Origin: Syntrophales bacterium
GTDB lineage: Bacteria > Desulfobacterota > Syntrophia > Syntrophales > UBA2210
Length of the DNA: 64,000 nucleotides
Reading direction: 5' to 3'
Assembly: GCA_963666365.2 (NCBI GenBank)
Contig: CAXXNF010000001.1
Location: 1,184,001 to 1,248,000, forward strand
Below the pieces are notes generated by a model. That model did not search any database, was not told the origin of the DNA, and saw nothing but the letters and a program-made list of their open reading frames with translations. Below are positions 19,520 to 28,052 of this stretch, one piece after another. Numbering within the stretch: the stretch's first letter is position 1; the number at the start of each line of letters is the position of its first letter. A program made the position numbers and the translations under genes.

Positions 19520-20752
19520 ATGGCACTCAATTACATTTGGGTCGGTTTTTTCATAATCGCCTTCGTGACGGCCTTGATCAAACTCATTTTCCTGGGCGAC
19601 CTGCAGGTTTTCTCCGAGATAATGAATGCAACCTTTTCGATGTCTAAAACGGCCTTTGAGATTGCGCTGGGCCTGACAGGCGTGCTGACCTTCTGGATGG
19701 GGATAATGAAAATCGGTGAAGCCGGCGGCGTAATCGGCCTGTTGACGAAACTTGTTCGGCCCTTTTTCAGCCGGCTCTTTCCCGGAGTCCCGGCGGACCA
19801 TCCCGTACACGGTTCGATGGTGATGAATTTCGCGGCGAACATGCTGGGTCTGGACAACGCCGCGACACCGATCGGGCTCAAGGTCATGCAGCAGCTTCAG
19901 AAACTGAACCCCTCGCGGGTCGAGGCCTCGGATGCGCAGATCATGTTTCTCGTTCTGAACACTTCGGGCCTGACGCTGATACCTGTCGGCATTATGGTCT
20001 ATCGGGCACAGGCCGGCGCTGCAAATCCCGCTGATATCTTTATTCCGATACTGCTCGCGACGTTCTTTTCGACACTGGCCGGATTGCTGGCGGTCGCGGC
20101 ATACCAGAAGATCAATCTTTTCGACCGGGTACTCATGGCGTATCTGTTAGCCGGGTGCGCGGTGATCGGCGGTCTGTTATGGTATTTTTCATCCCTTCCG
20201 CAGGAGCAACTGTCGCTCCTGTCGACCGCCGTCGCCAGCGTGATTCTTTTTTCGGTCATCTCATTGTTCATTCTGACGGCAGTCGTGAAAAGGGTCAACG
20301 TCTACCAGTGCTTTGTGGAAGGTGCGAAAGACGGTTTTTCCATCGCCGTCAAGATAATCCCCTATCTGGTGTCGATGCTGGTCGCGATCGCCGTCTTCCG
20401 TGCTTCCGGCATCATGGATGTGCTCCTGGAAGGGGTAAAGGGGTTCGTGAATCTCTTCGGATTCGACAGCAGATTCGTCGATGCCCTGCCCACGGCGATG
20501 ATGAAACCACTTTCGGGCAGCGGCGCACGCTCAATGATGGTCGATGCAATGACGGTCCACGGTGCGGACTCTTTCGTCGGCCGCCTGGCTTCGACCTTTC
20601 AGGGGGCGACGGACACAACGTTTTATATCATCGCCGTATACTTCGGATCGGTCGCTATCAGAAAAACACGTCACGCGGTCGTCTGCGGGCTCATAGCCGA
20701 TGCCGCAGGCATCATCGCTGCGGTTTTCATCGCCTATCTGTTCTGGGGATGA
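19520..20752 (+). CDS. SpmA/SpmB fusion (nucleoside recognition Gate-domain membrane protein)
   Basis: LFP.VP..HP, N..ANMLGLDNAATP.GLK, FLVLNTS, FVEGAKDGF, KPLSGSGAR, TDTTFY.IAVYFG.V.I.KTR. Confidence 0.9.
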   Translation: MALNYIWVGFFIIAFVTALIKLIFLGDLQVFSEIMNATFSMSKTAFEIALGLTGVLTFWMGIMKIGEAGGVIGLLTKLVRPFFSRLFPGVPADHPVHGSMVMNFAANMLGLDNAATPIGLKVMQQLQKLNPSRVEASDAQIMFLVLNTSGLTLIPVGIMVYRAQAGAANPADIFIPILLATFFSTLAGLLAVAAYQKINLFDRVLMAYLLAGCAVIGGLLWYFSSLPQEQLSLLSTAVASVILFSVISLFILTAVVKRVNVYQCFVEGAKDGFSIAVKIIPYLVSMLVAIAVFRASGIMDVLLEGVKGFVNLFGFDSRFVDALPTAMMKPLSGSGARSMMVDAMTVHGADSFVGRLASTFQGATDTTFYIIAVYFGSVAIRKTRHAVVCGLIADAAGIIAAVFIAYLFWG

Positions 20753-20848
20753 AGAGGCCGGCCGGCTTTTTATCCATGTACAGCGGTTGCGCAAAAAAAT
20801 TAAATCCGGCGCACATTTTACCCCATTTCGCAATTCCCGCGCTTCTCC

Positions 20849-20877
20849 TTGACAGACCTGCGGCAATCCCATATATT
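20849..20877 (+). promoter_or_regulatory. Putative sigma70 promoter for the MinD-like operon
   Basis: TTGACA(20849)-17 nt-TATATT(20872), 50 nt upstream of ATG 20928. Confidence 0.6.
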
Positions 20878-20927
20878 TTCACCCATTATTACTTATGGTT
20901 CAGACATGCCTGACGGGATGAAGACAC

Positions 20928-21686
20928 ATGGCCAAAATCACCGCAATTCATTCGTTTCGCGGCGGCACGGGAAAATCGAACACCACCGCCAATATCGCCG
21001 CACTGATTGCCGCACAAGGCATGCGGGTAGGCGTGGTGGATACGGATATCCAGTCCCCCGGCATCCACGTACTGTTTCGCTTCGATCCGAACCGGGCAAC
21101 CTATTCCCTGAACGACTATCTCTGGGGGAAGTGTGATATTATCCATACGGCCCATGACGTAACGTCGCTGGTGGACAGCCGCATGGAGGGGAAAATTTAT
21201 CTTATACCCTCCAGTGTAAAAACAGGCGATATCGCGCGGGTTCTGCATTACGGCTACGACGTGAATCTGCTGCGAGAGGGCTTTCTGAAACTGATCGACG
21301 CGCTGGCCCTCGACTATCTTTTTATCGATACGCACCCGGGACTGAATGAGGAAACACTTCTGTCGATCGCGCTTTCCGATACCATGATTATCATTCTCAG
21401 ACCGGATCAACAGGATTATCAGGGAACGGCGGTAACCGTCGAAATATCGAGACAGCTCGATCTTCCCCGGATTTTCCTTGTGCTCAACAAGGTTCCCCCT
21501 GCCTGGAGCAGGCAGACCTTGGCTGCAAAGGCCGCTGAAACCTACGGCTGCGAGGTGGCGGGCGTGCTTCCTCACAGCGATGACATGATGACACTGGCAA
21601 GCGCGGGGATATTCATAACAAAGTACAGGGATCACACGCTTACGCGGGAATTTGAGGCCATCGCCCGCAAAATAGGAGAGGCATAA
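20928..21686 (+). CDS. MinD/ParA-family P-loop ATPase (orphan; RGGTGKS variant)
   Basis: IHSFRGGTGKS, VVDTD..SPG, YLFIDTHPGL, LVLNK; no amphipathic C-terminal membrane-targeting helix evident. Confidence 0.9.
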   Translation: MAKITAIHSFRGGTGKSNTTANIAALIAAQGMRVGVVDTDIQSPGIHVLFRFDPNRATYSLNDYLWGKCDIIHTAHDVTSLVDSRMEGKIYLIPSSVKTGDIARVLHYGYDVNLLREGFLKLIDALALDYLFIDTHPGLNEETLLSIALSDTMIIILRPDQQDYQGTAVTVEISRQLDLPRIFLVLNKVPPAWSRQTLAAKAAETYGCEVAGVLPHSDDMMTLASAGIFITKYRDHTLTREFEAIARKIGEA

Positions 21687-21770
21687 CGACATCGGGAAGT
21701 AAATCCGCCGTCATTACAGGACGGCGGCACCGTTCCGGAACGCACAGATTTGTGAAAAACGTGACATACT

Positions 21771-22832
21771 ATGATTACACCGGCAACACTCATCGGGTTC
21801 AATAATGACAACTCCCGCAAAACCCTGTTCGCGGCGGGTCTCACCTGGGCCTGCCTGTATGGTTTCCTGAACCTCCTGTCAAACACGTTCGTCCTTCCCG
21901 CCGCTCCGGTTATTGCCCTGCGACCTCAGATTGCCATTCCCATGACCGTAGGAATTATTTTCGGCCCTGCGGCGGGGTTTCTGACCGGCTGCCTGGGGAA
22001 CATACTGGGGGACGCGCTTTCCGGATACGGAATTATGACCTTCTGGAACTGGCATATCGCCAACGGTCTTATGGGATTTGTACCCGGCCTCATCCGTTAT
22101 CTCAAAGTACAGGACATTTGCACCGTCTGGGATTTTGCGATACTGCAGATTGCCGTCGTCGGCGCCAGCGCCTTTGCCGTGGGCGCCGCCGTAGTGCTGG
22201 ATATATGCTGTATTCACGTGATGAAGTTTCCCGAGTCGGTAAATTCGTGGATACTTCCTGCGTTCATTACCGATGCCGTCAACGGATTCGTGCTGGTCCC
22301 GCTCCTGCTTCTCGCACTGCGACGGGTCGTCGTCACGCTGGAAATCCGCACAATCCTCATGGTAAGCTTCCTGCTGGTAGCAGCCATACTGAGCACATCG
22401 ATGGCCATTACCTGGTCCGTGTGGGATATACTGATTTCAAAGGCTGCCATGATCGATACGTTTTACTTCGCCGGCATCCTTTCGGTAGTGCTGCTCAGTG
22501 CCGGATTTACCGCGGCGGTGTTCTTTGTGCGGCGCATTACCCTGCCCATCAAGGGACTCACCCGGACAGCGCAATCGGTGGAAAAGGGGAACTATGACAC
22601 GGAGCCGCTTGATTCCCTTTCTCAACGCTCCGACGAACTGGGACATCTGTCGAAGGTGTTTCAGCATATGATCGAAGAAGTACACGGCCGGGAGGAAAAA
22701 TTGCAGCGCCAGGTTGAAGAGCTGCAGATCGAAATAGACAGGAAGCAGCAGGCCCGGGATGTTGCGGAAATCGTGGATTCCGATTATTTCCAGCACCTGC
22801 GAAAGAAGGTAAAAGAATTCAGAAAACCCTGA
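21771..22832 (+). CDS. Membrane protein: ECF S-component-like domain + 2 TM + HAMP + short coiled-coil tail (no enzymatic output domain)
   Basis: LRP..AIP...GIIFGP.AGFLTG.LGN.LGD.LSGYG...WNW.IANG.MG (S-component); ITLPIK.L...A..V..GNY...DELG.L...F..M (HAMP); tail LQIEIDRKQQARDVAEIVDSDYFQHL. Confidence 0.8.
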   Translation: MITPATLIGFNNDNSRKTLFAAGLTWACLYGFLNLLSNTFVLPAAPVIALRPQIAIPMTVGIIFGPAAGFLTGCLGNILGDALSGYGIMTFWNWHIANGLMGFVPGLIRYLKVQDICTVWDFAILQIAVVGASAFAVGAAVVLDICCIHVMKFPESVNSWILPAFITDAVNGFVLVPLLLLALRRVVVTLEIRTILMVSFLLVAAILSTSMAITWSVWDILISKAAMIDTFYFAGILSVVLLSAGFTAAVFFVRRITLPIKGLTRTAQSVEKGNYDTEPLDSLSQRSDELGHLSKVFQHMIEEVHGREEKLQRQVEELQIEIDRKQQARDVAEIVDSDYFQHLRKKVKEFRKP

Positions 22833-22848
22833 AAAGGAGTGCAGAGCA

Positions 22849-23805
22849 ATGAGAGCAGTCCTATTTGACGGCGCCCTTCGCTATGAACCTGACCATCCGA
22901 CGCCATCGGCGCCACCGGGATGGGCACTGATCCAGGTCAGAACGGCGGGCATCTGTAAAACGGACATGGAACTGACAAAGGGGTACATGGGATTCAAGGG
23001 TATCCTGGGGCACGAATTTATCGGCACGGTTGCACAGTGCGACGACCCGCAGTGGATCGGAAAATCGGTGGTGGGAGAGATCAACGCCGCCTGCGGCTCC
23101 TGTGAATGGTGCGCCCGCGGACTGGGGCGCCACTGCCCCCATAGACGCACACTGGGGATCGACCGCCTTGACGGATGCATGGCCGATTACTGTATACTGC
23201 CGGTGGCCAATCTTCTCGAAATTCCGTCCGAGCTCTCCGAAAACCGCGCGATATTGACGGAACCGCTTTCCGCTGCCTGCGAAATCCTGGAGCAACTGCC
23301 ACTGAGCGGCACGGAACGGGCGGTGGTGCTCGGAGACGGACGCCTCGGCATTCTCTGCGCCTGGGTGCTGGCCACGATGCTTTCCGATGTCGCCATTATC
23401 GGACATCACCCGGAAAAACTCGCCCTGGCGGCCTGGCGTCATATACAACAGGCATCTTCCCCCGATGAAATTGCCGGGAATGTCGATATCATCGTCGAAG
23501 CCACCGGTTCGGGACAGGGCATTGTGGAGGCGATGGCCTTGTGCCGTCCGCGGGGAACGATTGTGCTGAAATCAACGGTCGCTCTTCAGGGCGACGTCAA
23601 TCTCGCGCCGATAGTCATCAACGAACTGACGGTGCTCGGCTCCCGTTGCGGACAGTTCAAGGATGGGCTGCAGGTGCTGGCTGACTACCCGGATATGCCG
23701 GTGGAGCGGCTCATCACCGCACGATATCCCATCGAAGAAGTCGAAAGGGCCTTCACTCGGGCCACCGAGCGTGACGCTCTGAAGGTGCTGCTGGATCTTA
23801 CATAG
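22849..23805 (+). CDS. Zn-dependent medium-chain dehydrogenase/reductase (threonine dehydrogenase-like)
   Basis: AGICKTD, LGHEF.G, CGSCEWC..G...HC, EPL, VLGDGRLG, VEATG, GSRCG. Confidence 0.92.
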   Translation: MRAVLFDGALRYEPDHPTPSAPPGWALIQVRTAGICKTDMELTKGYMGFKGILGHEFIGTVAQCDDPQWIGKSVVGEINAACGSCEWCARGLGRHCPHRRTLGIDRLDGCMADYCILPVANLLEIPSELSENRAILTEPLSAACEILEQLPLSGTERAVVLGDGRLGILCAWVLATMLSDVAIIGHHPEKLALAAWRHIQQASSPDEIAGNVDIIVEATGSGQGIVEAMALCRPRGTIVLKSTVALQGDVNLAPIVINELTVLGSRCGQFKDGLQVLADYPDMPVERLITARYPIEEVERAFTRATERDALKVLLDLT

Positions 23806-23829
23806 AGGACTGGTATCTACAGGACAAGG

Positions 23830-26415
23830 ATGACGGCTATGGCAGGCAATGTGGGCGACCTCCTGCAAAAACTGATTCGGGAAGAGCGGCAGGGTGAAAA
23901 GACGCTGTCGGGGACTTTCTCCGCTCCGGGACATCTTACCACCCTGGGCGCACCGCTCATCCCGGTGGCGGAAGGACGCTACAGGATAGATATTACGGGA
24001 ATACGGGTATTGAGAAACCTTTCGACCTTTATTCACCTGCTGACCGGCGAGGTGCTCGAGCAGTGCGGCTTCGGCGTCACCGATATCATGGTAAAAAGAA
24101 AAGTGGATGCCCATCTGACTCCGGAACTCTCGGAGGCCGGAGTAGATTGGGTGATGGTCTACGCCAGACTCGACGCCGCAGAGCATCTGCCGCGTTATCA
24201 CAATTCATTCAACCGGGACATGCAGCTCATCTTCAGCATGCTCCAGACCGTCCGATGGGGCGGACTTCTTTTCCCGGATTTCTTCAATCTCGATGCCGGC
24301 GCGAAAGACGCCCCTCTCCCGGCCCTCCTTTTTCCTTTTCACCTGGATATCGCCGACAGGGAAGAAAGCCATTACATGCTTCTGGAGTTCAACCGTCCGG
24401 GACGGTTTCTTCGTGTGACAATCGAGGATGCCCCATCGTCACGATTGCAGTTGAAGCATATTTCTCACCGGGTCGTCGACAATATACATCGTGCGGCCTA
24501 TCTCCCCCCCGATATGCACCATATTGCCGGACAGATTCACCAGGGCATTCTGAGAGAATGCTTCAACAATCGGACCGAATACAAGGAAACGCCGGATCGG
24601 CAATCGGCGCTCTTTGACCACCTTCGACAGGGGGGGTTGGACAGGCTGGGATCACTCTATTTTCGATGGACCATCGAAGATATTCAACCGCTTATTCTCA
24701 GGGAAAATGAGGGCCCATCCCTCAATGAAGCGCAGGCGCTTCTGCACAAAGAACTCATGCTCCTCCAGGACCCGGATGTGCGTTTCCAGTTGCACGAGGG
24801 ACACATCATCGAAATGCAGGCCGATCAGTATCGTGTCTTTTTCTCCCTCTCCCGTCGTCACACCTGTCTCAACATCAGCCTGAGCGAAGAACCCCATTTC
24901 ACTACCCTGAACGATTATTTCGAGAAAATGCCCCTCCTGAAAGAGGCAGCCGTCCAGCGGGAAGGATCACTTCATGGTGTGCGTCTTTTTCTGATTCATC
25001 ATATTACGGCGGAGGTGCTCGGGCTTATCAGGGCCTTTCAAAAAGCCGGATGTGAGTTCATCACCACCCTGTTTGTAAAATACGCCGGCGTCGTACCCGA
25101 CGAGTACTTTGAAACAATCCTTTCCCTCCCCGACGATTCCTTTCGGTTCTGTGGAATTCACAGGATAGAAACGCCGCGCACCATGGAAAGCCGTTATGTG
25201 ATATCACAGCAGTATTCCGATATTTCAGACCTGCAGTTCCTCGACACAATACTGTGGGAGGAACGACGCGATTTCAAGGATGCCATGCGTCTGGTAGCGG
25301 GTCATCTCTTCTTTGAAGAGGCGATTCGCTGTAGAAAAGCGGGAATCACCCTTCTACTGGTGGAGGACGGCGGATATCTGTCGCCTCTGATCAACAGATT
25401 CTGCCTGGAACAAAAGACGCTGGGCGACGTGCTGCGCGCTTTTCACGTTGATGCCGCCGCCGAGGGGAATCCCGATCTTGCATTGCCGGAAGAAGACTGT
25501 GAGGCGCCCGTGGCGGAGTGGCTGGCTGAAATATTTGCAGGCACTGTCGAACACACAAAAAACGGTCACGACGAGAACGCAGAGGTAATGCATGAATACG
25601 GAACACTTCGCTTTCCTCTTGCGAGCATTGCCGTATCCCGTCTCAAACGGGGCCCGGAGGCAAAGGAGTGTGCGATTGCCATACTCAACGCCGTCGAAAA
25701 CATCCTGCACCGTCAGGGATTGCTCCTGTCTCGGCGGCGGGCCCTGGTGATCGGTTCATCAGGCGCAATCGGACGGCGCCTTATAGATGAGCTCTCCCAT
25801 CGCCTGATCGAAGCACCTCCCGCCGGCGTCGACATCGCCGCATCAGACATCGCTACAACGCACCTGGAAGTCAGGACCCTTGAAGAACTTGACAGAAGTA
25901 TCCTTTATGGCATCGATATGATAATCGGCGCCGCCGGCAGGTCCGTGATGACGGCAACGACACTTGCGGATATGCTGATAGAGGGCGCGCAAGAATTCCT
26001 CTATTTTGTGAGCGGTTCGACGAAAACGGTGGAATTCACCGAAGTGGAAACGTGGCTTCACTCGCTGATGGCGCAAAAAAATCCCCGCATTGCAGGTCAT
26101 CATATCGAGATCGCCCACGCACCGCTGCGGGACCTGCAGACATCGGCACTTCTGGGACATGAGGTACGGATCGCATTTTCCGACGGCGCCATCCCGCCCA
26201 AACGGCTCTACCTTCTGGGCGAACTGACGCCCATTAATTTCCTCTACTACGGAATCCCCAGAGAGATTCTCGATGACGTCATGCGCCATCTCTTCCGGGT
26301 ATCCGTCGGGTTGATAGAAAGAAAAAAAGCGGGGGAACCGCTTCCCCGCCGGCTCCTCGCCGTCGATCACGACATCGATATGGATGCACGGCGGATCGAC
26401 GCCCCGTTCTCTTGA
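23830..26415 (+). CDS. 861-aa protein: unknown N-terminal ~375 aa + divergent S-adenosylhomocysteine hydrolase (AdoHcyase)-like NAD-binding fold
   Basis: Motifs in AdoHcyase order: IHHITAE, VEDGGY, VEHTKNG, SRLK...E, ALVIGSSGAIG, GVD, IGAAG, LLGELTPINF. Confidence 0.6.
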   Translation: MTAMAGNVGDLLQKLIREERQGEKTLSGTFSAPGHLTTLGAPLIPVAEGRYRIDITGIRVLRNLSTFIHLLTGEVLEQCGFGVTDIMVKRKVDAHLTPELSEAGVDWVMVYARLDAAEHLPRYHNSFNRDMQLIFSMLQTVRWGGLLFPDFFNLDAGAKDAPLPALLFPFHLDIADREESHYMLLEFNRPGRFLRVTIEDAPSSRLQLKHISHRVVDNIHRAAYLPPDMHHIAGQIHQGILRECFNNRTEYKETPDRQSALFDHLRQGGLDRLGSLYFRWTIEDIQPLILRENEGPSLNEAQALLHKELMLLQDPDVRFQLHEGHIIEMQADQYRVFFSLSRRHTCLNISLSEEPHFTTLNDYFEKMPLLKEAAVQREGSLHGVRLFLIHHITAEVLGLIRAFQKAGCEFITTLFVKYAGVVPDEYFETILSLPDDSFRFCGIHRIETPRTMESRYVISQQYSDISDLQFLDTILWEERRDFKDAMRLVAGHLFFEEAIRCRKAGITLLLVEDGGYLSPLINRFCLEQKTLGDVLRAFHVDAAAEGNPDLALPEEDCEAPVAEWLAEIFAGTVEHTKNGHDENAEVMHEYGTLRFPLASIAVSRLKRGPEAKECAIAILNAVENILHRQGLLLSRRRALVIGSSGAIGRRLIDELSHRLIEAPPAGVDIAASDIATTHLEVRTLEELDRSILYGIDMIIGAAGRSVMTATTLADMLIEGAQEFLYFVSGSTKTVEFTEVETWLHSLMAQKNPRIAGHHIEIAHAPLRDLQTSALLGHEVRIAFSDGAIPPKRLYLLGELTPINFLYYGIPREILDDVMRHLFRVSVGLIERKKAGEPLPRRLLAVDHDIDMDARRIDAPFS

Positions 26416-26468
26416 CACGCGAGAAACTGTTGCAAGGCGCATCAAAAAAAGAAAAGGATAAAATCGCC

Positions 26469-27539
26469 ATGAAAAAAATTACATTGGTCGTTATCGTGTG
26501 CACTGTGCTTTCGCTCCTCTATGTCGCCTCCCCTGTCCTTGCCGCCGAAAAAATCGTCTGGCGGGCCCAGTCCAGCTATTCGGCGGGACTTCCCCAGCTT
26601 TACTCGCCTGCCGCCTATTTTGCTAAAAATATAGAAAGGCTGACCGATGGACGTCTCGTGGTCCGGCTCTCGCCGGGAGGAGCCGTCGTCCCCGCCCTGA
26701 AGGTGTTCGACGCCGTCAGCGCCGGTACCCTCGATATAGGGTTTACCTGGGCCGGCTGGTGGGTGGGTAAATTTCCCGCCTCGGTCCTCTTCGCCAACTC
26801 CTATCCCAACGGTCTTCAGACGCAGGAGATGCTCGGATGGATCTATACGGGAGGGGGACTTGATCTCTGGAACGAGCTGTACCGGGGGCATGGTGTGAAG
26901 GTGCTTCCCCCCTACGGCATGCTGGGATCGGAAAATTTCTGCTGGTCCCACAAGCCGATCAGATCACTGGAGGATTTCAAGGGCTTGAAATTCAGGACCG
27001 TGGGCATCTGGGGACAGTGTCTTGAACGCCTGGGCGCCCGTGTGGTCACGCTTCCCGGCGCCGAAGTCTATCCCGCGCTGGAACGCGGAGTTATCGATGC
27101 CTGCGAATTCGGCACCCCGGCCATCGACAAAAAGTTCGGCTTTGAGGAAATCTGCACATATCTCCTGCTCCCGGGCATTCATGAGCCCTGCGCCCCCCTG
27201 GAAACGCTGGTCAACAAAAAGTCATGGGAAAAACTCCCCCCCGACCTGCAGTACAAGGTACAGATCCTGCTCCGCGAATCCTGTTTCCAGGCAATGAATC
27301 GCGCCCTGAAAGAAGACGCCGAAGCTATGGAGTATTTCAGGAACTACAAGGGGCTCCATGTTTCGAAACTCTCGCCTGAAATGCTTGCGGGAATCACCCG
27401 TATCGGTGATGCGGTACTAAAGGAACATGCGGAAAAAGATCCCCTCTTCGCCAAAATTTTACAGTCGCAGATCGCCTTCAGAAAAAAGGTGGAACCTTAC
27501 GCGGAACTGGTGCGAATCCCCTATCCCTATGCAAAGTAA
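26469..27539 (+). CDS. dctP: TRAP transporter substrate-binding protein
   Basis: Signal peptide (VLA-AE), W..QS, VFDAVS.G, KPI.SLEDFKGLKFR, EVYPALERGVIDA.E. Confidence 0.92.
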   Translation: MKKITLVVIVCTVLSLLYVASPVLAAEKIVWRAQSSYSAGLPQLYSPAAYFAKNIERLTDGRLVVRLSPGGAVVPALKVFDAVSAGTLDIGFTWAGWWVGKFPASVLFANSYPNGLQTQEMLGWIYTGGGLDLWNELYRGHGVKVLPPYGMLGSENFCWSHKPIRSLEDFKGLKFRTVGIWGQCLERLGARVVTLPGAEVYPALERGVIDACEFGTPAIDKKFGFEEICTYLLLPGIHEPCAPLETLVNKKSWEKLPPDLQYKVQILLRESCFQAMNRALKEDAEAMEYFRNYKGLHVSKLSPEMLAGITRIGDAVLKEHAEKDPLFAKILQSQIAFRKKVEPYAELVRIPYPYAK

Positions 27540-27545
27540 GATAGT

Positions 27546-28052
27546 ATGGCCGTTATCGCAAAATGTATTGACCATGTAAGCGCCCTGTCGGGAAAAATCG
27601 CGGCATGGCTCTGCCTTGTCCTGATAGGAGAACTCGTCTACGATACAGTTGCCCGCTACGGATTCAACGCCCCGACCGAGTGGTCCTATGACATTTCCTA
27701 CATGTTCTGTGGAACACTCTTTATGATCGGCGCCTCCTGGACCCTGCTTCAGGGTGAACATGTGCGCATAGGTATTTTCTATGACCGGGCGTCGCCTCGC
27801 GTCCAGGCGGCACTTACCATTGCCGGGTATATTGTATTCTTTTTCCCCTCGATGGCAGCGCTTCTCTGGTATGGGGCCGACTTCGCGCTCGCCTCCTGGC
27901 GGATGCAGGAACATGCCGGCGTCAGTATGTGGTCGCCGCCGATTTATCCTTTCAAGACCATCATTCCGATCGCCGCGCTGCTGTTACTGCTTCAGGGATC
28001 GGTGCTCTTCGCGCGCACAACAGTCCGGCTCGTGAAAGGCGAACCCTCATGA
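27546..28052 (+). CDS. dctQ: TRAP transporter small permease
   Basis: 4 TM; VARY.FN.PT.W, HVRI..FY, P.YPFK; lies between dctP and dctM. Confidence 0.9.
   Translation: MAVIAKCIDHVSALSGKIAAWLCLVLIGELVYDTVARYGFNAPTEWSYDISYMFCGTLFMIGASWTLLQGEHVRIGIFYDRASPRVQAALTIAGYIVFFFPSMAALLWYGADFALASWRMQEHAGVSMWSPPIYPFKTIIPIAALLLLLQGSVLFARTTVRLVKGEPS

Noticed and set aside
20928..21686. Canonical cell-division minD or chromosome-partition parA
   Set aside because: No minC/minE or parB nearby, no membrane-targeting helix and an atypical RGG Walker A, so no gene symbol was assigned.
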